Shown here: positions 10,801 through 18,090 of the stretch, piece by piece
Numbering within the stretch: the first letter of the stretch is position 1
Layout of the letters: each line of letters opens with the position of its first letter
Source of the DNA: Pirellulales bacterium
Lineage (GTDB): Bacteria; Planctomycetota; Planctomycetia; Pirellulales; UBA1268
Length of the DNA: 64,000 bases
Direction of reading: 5' to 3'
Assembly (NCBI GenBank): GCA_040397585.1
Contig: JBBAVS010000003.1
Coordinates: 5,169 to 69,168, forward strand
Position numbers and translations under genes: made by a program
Notes under the pieces: model-generated
Databases searched by the model: none
What the model was told of the DNA's origin: nothing
What the model saw: only the letters and a program-made list of their open reading frames with translations

Positions 10801-11302
10801 CCGCGCGACGCAGGAACGTCACCGTCGAGAGCCATGCGTCCGGCGCCTCGATCGCAAGCGGCAGCGGCGGCTGGCCCGCGACGCTGAGGTTGGTCGTCGT
10901 GCCGACACCCCCTCCCCCACCCGCTGCGTTGAACGACCATGCGGTCAGCGCCCCCGGAGGCAACACGAGCGGCTCGTCGGGCCATGCCGAGGGCAGGTCG
11001 TGCCACGTCCACGTGCCGAGCCGCACCAGTTCGTCTGCCGTCGCGCCCCCCAGGGTGATTTCCGTGGCGGCAGAGAGTTCTGCGGCCTCGGGGCCGTCGT
11101 TGCGAAGGAACACCTGCACCCGGCCCCCGTCCGTCGGTCCGCGCTCTTGCCCGTAGCGCATCTCGGTGGCCACGGTGGGGCCGTGGGGCACCACGCTGAT
11201 GCCGGCGATGTGAAGCGGCGCCGCACACGCGATCGACGTCCAGACGGCGGAGGCAGTGATCAAGGCCGTCGCGACGACGCGACCGTGGCTGAAGGACCCC
11301 AT
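7883..11302 (-). CDS. Secreted glycoside hydrolase family 30 (glucosylceramidase-like) catalytic domain fused to an uncharacterised ~700-aa N-terminal region
   Basis: The C-terminal ~438 aa (about 7883-9200) carry GH30 hallmarks: GLGGSFDHAT, MNLMRVCIGTSDF, FASPWSPPAWMK, acid/base ITVQNEPR and nucleophile LYFTEGSV. The N-terminal part (about 9200-11302) has no motif I recognise. Signal peptide MGSFSHGRVVATALITASAVWTSIACAAP. Confidence 0.85.
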   Translation of the reverse strand: MGSFSHGRVVATALITASAVWTSIACAAPLHIAGISVVPHGPTVATEMRYGQERGPTDGGRVQVFLRNDGPEAAELSAATEITLGGATADELVRLGTWTWHDLPSAWPDEPLVLPPGALTAWSFNAAGGGGGVGTTTNLSVAGQPPLPLAIEAPDAWLSTVTFLRRAAVADHSVESVHPDTLVLHVTNASEVAWTISACRLWTPRPGGSHRALTAGPWLERPAMFPADGRIAIGDQGGLVAEVRDLPLSFAAVELRLRSDDGAERTLWGHVRVKCERFVIGGGWLDGELPSGRSLHAADYLKTLRRMHVGCGMHGLVSGYSDDPERWAACPLESMSACRPFDHYDTDTVLPRVHAVEFLGEPQYGGGRPVPPQEVWRKLAPYQATRLPTSVTHSEERIWRHYAGLSDHPHFDAYRVCAPAADAWQRYDRWGGAKIRWAAPLETIGDLTRSLRELNRPGPIAAWAQGPHHGWGPTGGRTRSSPTPDELRLQAWHALSARITSLYWFNLGIKSVVKFRDLIDPITRVDREALVLAPLLLAGAAGRHERLRAADGSPDWDIATVCGPNGAVLFSLDLDYHPDPDTKTFVFGQERAATWRFALPGYLGDVADVFRIDADGVYDARWRKDGAAVVVEGRASRVAVHVATADATLRRRLDDERLRLVAAERATGFDPAGDDADFAALAALLGPRVSRPAEGAVRAAAARVSVVTSSADGSQRLTSGADLALGPVEATNAAVIQVDPATRGQSVLGLGGSFDHATCENLAKLSEDRRRDVIASLFAPDRGIGMNLMRVCIGTSDFTGVPYYTYDDVPEGQTDPELARFSIDKDRVHVLPMIKLARQANPDLLLFASPWSPPAWMKTSGKLGTGSVAREWYPAYARYLLAFVRAYEAEGLPIHAITVQNEPRMAHAGYPTTLWTAVEQRDFIRDHLGPLFEREGLKTLIWCWDHNWNLPEFPRTILADPAAARFVDGTAFHHYEGRIEAQSALQREFPDKHLYFTEGSVFGMRGATELIDILRHSSRSYNAWVLMLDEHRRPNRGPHSASATCIELLDDGTVRTNFDYYMYGQFMKFIRRGAVRVDSSQPPGAPRNVVFLDPDGQFVLVAANAGRSAVPVAVSCGGRMFATTLPPQSVATYRWPAAP

Positions 11303-11585
11303 GTTCTCAACTCCCCCGCGTGGCAGGTGACGGGCAATCAGCCCCACGCAGCCGCCTTGGCGCCGCGTCGCGCTGAAACCTCTGCGGCCATGAGGATAGG
11401 ACGACCGACGACTTTTTCACAAATCATGCCGGAACCCCGGGCTCCCGCGCGGGGCTTTCTGCCCGGTCGCACCCCGCACGGAGAATCGGCTGGGCGCTGA
11501 TACCATAATGGCCGAACCCCGCGATCGCGTTGACGCTGGCGGGCCGGATTGTGCTCCCCTGCCCTGCCCCGAGCCCACAACTGAG

Positions 11586-14213
11586 ATGCACCGCAGAGTC
11601 TCACGGTCTTCGTCGGCCCTCGTGGCGTCGGCTTCGCCGCACGTGATTCGTGCGTTCCTGATCGTGGCGTCGGGCTTGGCGTGTGTGTCTCCGGCTGCTG
11701 AAGGCAACGGCCCTCACCCGCCCTACCCTGACGTCCAAGAGATGATCCGGGAACCGCTCGACAACGTCCCGCAAGGGACTGTCGCCTGCGGTTGGGACGC
11801 GCTCCGCTACCGCATGCGCGGCAATATCTACCAAAGCAACCCCGGACGCCTCGAGAACCCAACGCTGACCCAGTTCGAGCGACTCGTGAGGGGTCAGCCC
11901 GAGGACGTGGCGGCGGTCAATCGCGACATCATCGCCTACTGCCAGCGGAAGCAGGCAGACATCGAGGCCGCCTGGCGCGAGCAAACGCTGCGAAATCCAG
12001 CCAAGGAAGTCTGCCAGTATCAGACCGAGTTGATTCCCCTCGCCATCCTGACACTGCGGATTGGCGAGCGCCTCACACCCGAGGCACATCGAGCAATCAA
12101 GGACGTCCTCGACGCGTTCCACCCACAGACCGCCGACGTGGAGCCGACGATGTGGATGCACGGGCCCGGCTACAACGGCGGGAATGCTCACGACTACCTG
12201 AGTTTTCTCGCCCTCACGTGGGCCGTCACCGGCAACCCAGAGGTGCGAGACGCTGCCTATTGGGGGCTGCGCGGCGAGCTGGACCACCTCAACCTCAGCG
12301 GCGACATCTCCGAGTTCAACGCGCTCGAAGGGCACTGGTGCAGCTCGAACGGCTATGACGCGATGAAGGCCTTCGTGCGCGATCCGGAGTTGGCCCGGAT
12401 GGCCCGGATGATCGCGGAACGTGTCTGGATCAACCGCTTCCTGATGTGGTCGCCGGCCGTGGAGCGGATTACAGGACCGGGCAGCCGCATGGCGCCCGGA
12501 GCCTGGTTGGGCACGAGCAGCGACCGCCTGCAGTTTGCGACCGGTGTCGAGAAGCCCATTTGGCTCAATGAGTTCTTTGACTGGGGTGTCTGGCAGTATC
12601 CCGTGACCCGCGGCCGCTGGGCGTTGGATGACGTCCAAGGCATGGTGCCCGACCTGCCCGCCTACTTGCAGGACGTCGCGTGGCGCAAACAACTCCCGAA
12701 CGAGCTCCGTTGCTCGGTGCAGCTCATCCCCTGGATGAATCGTTATCCGAAACTGGCGGACGTCTCCGACGCTCGGCCCGATCCGGTGCTCGGGGACATG
12801 GTCAACTACCAGACTGCCACGTATGCAGTGGGTTCCATCGACCAGCCCTACGAGGCGTCGGGCTGCATGGTGTATGCCTCCGCCTGGTGGAACGATCACC
12901 GCGCACCCAGCGATGCGCAGCTCGGCAGCCCCAGACGATTCACCGTGCTCTATCCGCATTACGTGCTGAACGGGGCGGCGTTCATGGATCGGACCGAGCT
13001 CGCCTTCGAGAACCAGCCGAACCAGCCGCTGAAAGATGAATGGACGGGATTGCCCGGCCCGTGGATGCGTGAGTTCGCTGAATGGGGCCGGGCTGGCGTC
13101 CTTCAGCACAAGAACACGCTGCTCTACGCCTACTCGGGACGAAACTGCGGCTCGAATGACGTCCGCCCCGTCGCCAACCAACTCCACCGCGCCTCGGCTG
13201 GCATGTTCCTGTTTCGTTGGCAGCCTGGGCTGGAGGGCCTGTTCGTCAACCGGCAGCCGATCACCCACCTCCCCGTGGAACTGAAACCGGGCGACTGGTG
13301 GTTCGTTCAAGACGGCGACACGTACGTGGGCGTTTTGCCCCTCGAGGCCACCCACCTCCGCGGTCCGTGCAAGACCATGATCGAGGAACGCACGCGGCAG
13401 ATCGTGCTGTATCAAGACAACTACGTGGGAGAATCAATCGAGGGCATCAGCGATGAGGACTGGGTGAAGGCGAGGAGCGGGTTCGTCGTCGAGATGGGTG
13501 ACGCCGCCGAATACGGGTCCTTCGATCGTTTCCGCGACACCATGCTCCAGGCCGCGGTCACGGAGTCGTCGGCGGGGTTCATCCGACACATTCGGTATCA
13601 GCGGCCGGGCCGCCAGCTCGAGATGAAATGGCACTGCTACGAGGAGAACTACCCCCTGCGCCGGATCGACGGCCACGATCAGCACGCGGTGCATTTCCTG
13701 CAGTCGCCCGAGTTCGCCGTTGGCGACACGGAGCTTCGCACGCACGACGCCCACCTGAAGACCAAACCGGGCGAGCCGGCCTGGCTCCTCTCTGCGGCGT
13801 CGTCCCGCACCTACGTCGCCTACCAACCGCAGCCGCACCACCAGGTTCCGCTTGCTCTGGAGACACCCATCGCCCGTGTTGACAGCGACCGGTTCCCTTT
13901 CGGAAAGCTGGTGGCCAGATCGACCGACGACGGCACGGTGGAACTGACGATCGACGCGGCGTTCCGCCCCTTTTGGAGCAGCGCCCATTGGAGAGCGAAA
14001 ATCTGGCAGGACATCGGCACCCACCCCAGCGACATACTCATTCGAACGGACGCGCCAAAGGTCACCGCGACGATCAACGGGGACGAGTTTCCCGTGACGC
14101 GCCAGGTGCGCCACGGGCAGCCCGTCTGGGTGCTGGACCCCTATGCCCGACTGCCGCGAGTGCTCGACCGCGTGAATACCAATCGGCCCAACAAGCCGCT
14201 GTCGGCACCATGA
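11586..14213 (+). CDS. Large secreted hypothetical protein (875 aa), function unknown; possibly a glycan-active alpha/alpha-toroid + beta-sandwich type
   Basis: Long ORF with non-repetitive, globular-looking composition, unlike the overlapping Arg/Gly/Pro-rich antisense ORF 11601..13415. A plausible signal peptide follows the ATG at 11586 (MHRRVSRSSSALVASASPHVIRAFLIVASGLACVSPAAEG). I recognised no diagnostic motif. Confidence 0.6.
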   Translation: MHRRVSRSSSALVASASPHVIRAFLIVASGLACVSPAAEGNGPHPPYPDVQEMIREPLDNVPQGTVACGWDALRYRMRGNIYQSNPGRLENPTLTQFERLVRGQPEDVAAVNRDIIAYCQRKQADIEAAWREQTLRNPAKEVCQYQTELIPLAILTLRIGERLTPEAHRAIKDVLDAFHPQTADVEPTMWMHGPGYNGGNAHDYLSFLALTWAVTGNPEVRDAAYWGLRGELDHLNLSGDISEFNALEGHWCSSNGYDAMKAFVRDPELARMARMIAERVWINRFLMWSPAVERITGPGSRMAPGAWLGTSSDRLQFATGVEKPIWLNEFFDWGVWQYPVTRGRWALDDVQGMVPDLPAYLQDVAWRKQLPNELRCSVQLIPWMNRYPKLADVSDARPDPVLGDMVNYQTATYAVGSIDQPYEASGCMVYASAWWNDHRAPSDAQLGSPRRFTVLYPHYVLNGAAFMDRTELAFENQPNQPLKDEWTGLPGPWMREFAEWGRAGVLQHKNTLLYAYSGRNCGSNDVRPVANQLHRASAGMFLFRWQPGLEGLFVNRQPITHLPVELKPGDWWFVQDGDTYVGVLPLEATHLRGPCKTMIEERTRQIVLYQDNYVGESIEGISDEDWVKARSGFVVEMGDAAEYGSFDRFRDTMLQAAVTESSAGFIRHIRYQRPGRQLEMKWHCYEENYPLRRIDGHDQHAVHFLQSPEFAVGDTELRTHDAHLKTKPGEPAWLLSAASSRTYVAYQPQPHHQVPLALETPIARVDSDRFPFGKLVARSTDDGTVELTIDAAFRPFWSSAHWRAKIWQDIGTHPSDILIRTDAPKVTATINGDEFPVTRQVRHGQPVWVLDPYARLPRVLDRVNTNRPNKPLSAP

Positions 14214-14344
14214 GTGGCTGTCGGACCCATGAGTCGCTGTTCAGCGGCACCACCTTCAGATCACGGCAACGACCGATCGAGATTCCCATGCCACAGCCGC
14301 GGAGAGCCTCAGGAGCTGTCCGATCGAGGAGCCAGGTCCATTCC

Positions 14345-15631
14345 ATGAAGACCAGCCTTGCGGTGCTGTTTGTCGCGAGCTTCCTTGCCCCGGGGCCGGC
14401 ATTCGCCGATCAGGCGGGCCGTAAGCACGCGGAAAACGAACTCCATGCACGTCCCGCCGTGCATGTCACGGTGGGCGTGCGCGATGCCGACATCATCGGC
14501 AGCGACAATCGCGCGCTGCAGGCCGCGGTGGACTACGTGGGCAACCTGGGAGGCGGCCTGGTCGAGATCGGTCCGGGCGAATACCTGATGCGCGATTCGT
14601 TGCATGTCCGCAGTCGCGTCACGGTGCGGGGTGCAGGCGAACAGACCGTGCTCAGGAAAGCCCGCGAGCATCGCTCACCGCTGGCGGCTGATGGCGACTT
14701 CGGCGAGGCGGCGATCACGGTGCAGAATCCCGAGGGCTTCGACATCGGCGGCGGGGTGTATGTGGCGTCGAAAACCCAGCGCAACTTCCTTGGTGTGTGC
14801 GCCACGATCCTCAACTCGCGGGATAACTATTTCACGCTCTCCCGCCCGATGAACGCCGACGTCTTGATGAGCGATGGGGGTTTTGCGGCCACGATCTTCC
14901 CGGTCATCAGCGGCCACACCCTCGAGGACGCCTGCGTGGAGAACCTCGTCGTGGACGGCAATCGCGCCGAGAATCCCACCGTCGTGGACGGGTGCCGCAC
15001 CGCCGGTATTTTTCTCTATCGCGGCGACCATTGCCTGATCCGAAACTGCTTTGTAAGGGACTGCAGCAGCGACGGCATCAGCTTCCAGCAGTCGAGCGAC
15101 GTCGAGGTGGATAGCTGCGTCGTCGAACGCTGTGCCGGATTTGGGCTGCATCCCGGCAGCGGGTCGCAGCGGCCAACCGTGAGGAACTGTCGCGCGATCG
15201 CCAATGGCGAAGACGGTTTCTTCTTCTGCTGGCGGGTGCGCGGCGGTGTGGCCGAGGACAACTGGCTGGAGCGGAATGGTGGTCATGGTATGTCCATCGG
15301 TCACAAGGACAGCGACAACGTCGTCCGCGGAAACACCGTCATCGGCAACAAACTCGGCGGCGTGTATTGGCGCCCGGAGACCGAGCCGATGGCTGCGCAT
15401 CGCGTCACGTTCGAGAACAACGTGGTCCGCGATAACGAAGGCTGGGGCTTGTTCGTGGACGGCGCCACGGACGGCACCATCATTCGTAAGAACGTCATTG
15501 AGGACACGGGGGCCGGACGGCAGACGACCGGCATCCGCATCGGGCCCGGCGCAGGGAGCGTGGTCCTGGAAGGCAACGCGATCACGGCCCGGTTACCCCT
15601 GCAGGACGATCGGCCCGCGGACCACCGCTGA
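14345..15631 (+). CDS. Secreted right-handed parallel beta-helix repeat protein (pectate-lyase-superfamily fold)
   Basis: Signal peptide MKTSLAVLFVASFLAPGPAFADQ. The N-terminal block DNRALQAAVDYVGNLGGGLVEIGPGEYLM resembles the pectate_lyase_3 type. Successive beta-helix turns: IRNCFVRDCSSDGISF, VDSCVVERCAGFGLH, VRNCRAIANGEDGFFF, AEDNWLERNGGHGMSI, VRGNTVIGN. Confidence 0.85.
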   Translation: MKTSLAVLFVASFLAPGPAFADQAGRKHAENELHARPAVHVTVGVRDADIIGSDNRALQAAVDYVGNLGGGLVEIGPGEYLMRDSLHVRSRVTVRGAGEQTVLRKAREHRSPLAADGDFGEAAITVQNPEGFDIGGGVYVASKTQRNFLGVCATILNSRDNYFTLSRPMNADVLMSDGGFAATIFPVISGHTLEDACVENLVVDGNRAENPTVVDGCRTAGIFLYRGDHCLIRNCFVRDCSSDGISFQQSSDVEVDSCVVERCAGFGLHPGSGSQRPTVRNCRAIANGEDGFFFCWRVRGGVAEDNWLERNGGHGMSIGHKDSDNVVRGNTVIGNKLGGVYWRPETEPMAAHRVTFENNVVRDNEGWGLFVDGATDGTIIRKNVIEDTGAGRQTTGIRIGPGAGSVVLEGNAITARLPLQDDRPADHR

Positions 15632-15672
15632 CCGCGAGGCCTGAAGCCGGCATCACCACGGAGACCAGAGCG

Positions 15673-17991
15673 ATGCGAGATGCTCACGGTAGGCGATTCG
15701 TCGACGGCCGCTGCACGGCAGCCCCGGGCCGGCTGACCCTCGCCGCGGTGATCGCCGCGGTGTTTCTCGGCGGCGCCGTCCCGGCAGCACCGGTCGACGG
15801 CGTCGCCCGGCAGCCCTTGGCATCGCAGGCCCGCCGTGTCCGCGAATCGCTCGAGTCGCTCGGCCAGCCGCTTCCCAGGGAGCAGGCCAGCCGGCTCGAC
15901 GAGGCCCTGCGGCTCGACGACGCCGAGCTGGCGGTGAAAGGGATCCAGGAGGCGCTCGATCCTCTCTGCGTCGCGATCGTGGAGATCAACCCCGAAAGCC
16001 GCCTCAAGGCCTCGATCGGGCCGGTGGCGAAGCGGCTGGTGCAGCACGGCTGGACCGTGTTTCTCGTCAAGGTCGTCAACCAGGCGGGCATCACCGCGCC
16101 TCTTGCGGCAACGAGCCCGAACGCCCGCCCTGTGGTCGCGCCGTCCAGTGGGTCGCCCGCACCGCCGCCCGGCCTCACGGCAGCCGAGGTCGCGAATCGC
16201 TGGGCCGACATTCGCATGCTCGACGAGCGGCCGATGACGCCCACGCTCTCGGGGCTCGGCGTGGAGTATCGGCTGATCCAGATCTACAGCCGGGATGCCG
16301 GGCCGCTCGAGGCACGGATCAGCTTCGATGCTGGCCAGGGCACGCAGGACCTCAGCTTCCGCTCCGAGGTCGATATTCTCTTTGAATCCGCACCGGCCAC
16401 GCGGGTGGTGCTGGAGGTTGTCGACGCCGATGGCGGTGACGCGATGGCCAGCTTCTTGGTCCGCGACCCTGGGGGCCGCGTCTACCCGGCGCAGAGTCGG
16501 CGGCTGGCCCCCGACTTCTTCTTCCATCCCCAGGTCTACCGCAGCAGTGGGGAGCACCTTCTCCTTCCCACCGGCACGTACGAGGTCACCTGGACCCGCG
16601 GCCCGGAATACCTGCCACGCAGCCGGCAGCTGGTGGTGCGCGGCGGGCCCGAGCAGCACGAGCGGTTCGAGCTCCAGCGGTGGATCCACCTCGCGAAGTA
16701 CGGCTGGTATTCCGGCGACCACCACGTGCATGCGGCCGGGTGCTCGCACTACGACAGCCCGACGGCGGGCGTCGGTCCCGACGACATGATGCGGCACATT
16801 CGCGGCGAGGATCTCAACGTCGGCTGTGTGCTCTCGTGGGGCCCGTGTTGGCAGCATCAGAAGCAGTTCTTCGCCGGCGCGGTGCATCCGCTCTCCACGC
16901 CGCGCAACCTGATGCGATACGACGTGGAGGTGTCGGGCTTTCCGTCGAGCCACGCGGGCCATCTCTGCCTGCTGCGGCTCGCCGAGGACGACTACCCCGG
17001 AGCCGACTCGATCGACGAGTGGCCCAGCTGGACGCTGCCGGTGCTCCGCTGGGGAAAGGCGCAGGGGGGCGTGGTCGGCTTCAGCCACTCCGGCTGGGGA
17101 CTGGAGATCACCGCCGACACCATTCCCTCGATGGAGATGCCCCGCTTCGACGGCATCGGCGCCAACGAGTACGTCGTCGACGTCACCCACGACGCCGTCG
17201 ACTTCATCTCCGCCGTCGACACGCCGATCACCTGGGAACTGAACGTCTGGTACCACACTCTCAACTGCGGCTTTCGCACGCGCATCAGCGGCGAGACCGA
17301 CTTTCCCTGCATCTACGGCGAGCGCGTCGGGATGGGGCGGCTGTACGTGAAGCTCGACGACGGACCGCTCGATTTCGACCGCTACGTCGAGGGCATCAAG
17401 GCTGGCCGGAGCTACGTCACCGACGGCAAGAGCCACCTCGTCGACTTCCAGATCGACGATGTCGAGGTGGGCCGCGGCGACTCCCAGGTGGCGCTCGATG
17501 CCCCCGGCGACGTGGACGTTTGCTGCCGCGTTGCGGCCATGCTGCCCGACCAGACGCCCGAGTCGCTCGCTGGCGTCGCCGCCCGGCCCCTCGACGAGAA
17601 GCCCTACTGGGAACTCGAGCGAGCGCGGCTCGGCACGAGCCGCCGCGTGCCGGTCGAGGTCGTCGTGAACGGCCAGGTTGCCGCTCGCCAGGAGATCGAT
17701 GCCGACGGGACGATCCGCGATCTCTCGTGGACGATTCCCATCGAGCGCTCGTCGTGGGTGGCGGTGCGAATCTGGCCGTCGAGCCACACCAATCCCGTCT
17801 GGGTGAGCGTTGCCGACCAGCCGGTGCGGGTCAGTGCAGACTCGGCCCGCTGGTGCCTCGACGCGGTCGACGTCTGCTGGGAGCAGAAGCGCGGCCAGGT
17901 TCGCGAGAGCGAGCTCGACGACGCCCGGGCCGCCTACGAGCATGCCCGCGAGACCTACCGGCGAATCGTCGCGGAGTCCGGCGGGCGCTGA
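15673..17991 (+). CDS. Secreted CehA/McbA-like (PHP-type) metallohydrolase-like protein
   Basis: N-terminal hydrophobic signal LTLAAVIAAVFLGGAVPAAP. The central GWYSGDHHVHAAGCSHYD motif resembles the metal-binding DxHxH entry of PHP/CehA-McbA hydrolases. The long ORF is clearly more protein-like than the antisense ORF 15301..18021. Confidence 0.65.
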   Translation: MRDAHGRRFVDGRCTAAPGRLTLAAVIAAVFLGGAVPAAPVDGVARQPLASQARRVRESLESLGQPLPREQASRLDEALRLDDAELAVKGIQEALDPLCVAIVEINPESRLKASIGPVAKRLVQHGWTVFLVKVVNQAGITAPLAATSPNARPVVAPSSGSPAPPPGLTAAEVANRWADIRMLDERPMTPTLSGLGVEYRLIQIYSRDAGPLEARISFDAGQGTQDLSFRSEVDILFESAPATRVVLEVVDADGGDAMASFLVRDPGGRVYPAQSRRLAPDFFFHPQVYRSSGEHLLLPTGTYEVTWTRGPEYLPRSRQLVVRGGPEQHERFELQRWIHLAKYGWYSGDHHVHAAGCSHYDSPTAGVGPDDMMRHIRGEDLNVGCVLSWGPCWQHQKQFFAGAVHPLSTPRNLMRYDVEVSGFPSSHAGHLCLLRLAEDDYPGADSIDEWPSWTLPVLRWGKAQGGVVGFSHSGWGLEITADTIPSMEMPRFDGIGANEYVVDVTHDAVDFISAVDTPITWELNVWYHTLNCGFRTRISGETDFPCIYGERVGMGRLYVKLDDGPLDFDRYVEGIKAGRSYVTDGKSHLVDFQIDDVEVGRGDSQVALDAPGDVDVCCRVAAMLPDQTPESLAGVAARPLDEKPYWELERARLGTSRRVPVEVVVNGQVAARQEIDADGTIRDLSWTIPIERSSWVAVRIWPSSHTNPVWVSVADQPVRVSADSARWCLDAVDVCWEQKRGQVRESELDDARAAYEHARETYRRIVAESGGR

Positions 17992-18090
17992 ATCTCGAGA
18001 GGCCGCACGGCAGCGAGCCACGGCGTGCCGCCGCGACGAGCAAGAGAGATGGGCATCGATGACGTCGATTCCGGATGTGATCTCGTCCGC

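Noticed and set aside
15301-18021. 906-aa minus-strand ORF
   Set aside because: It is antisense to the beta-helix and CehA-like genes, which carry clear motifs and signal peptides. Its composition is Arg/Gly/Ala/Pro-dominated.
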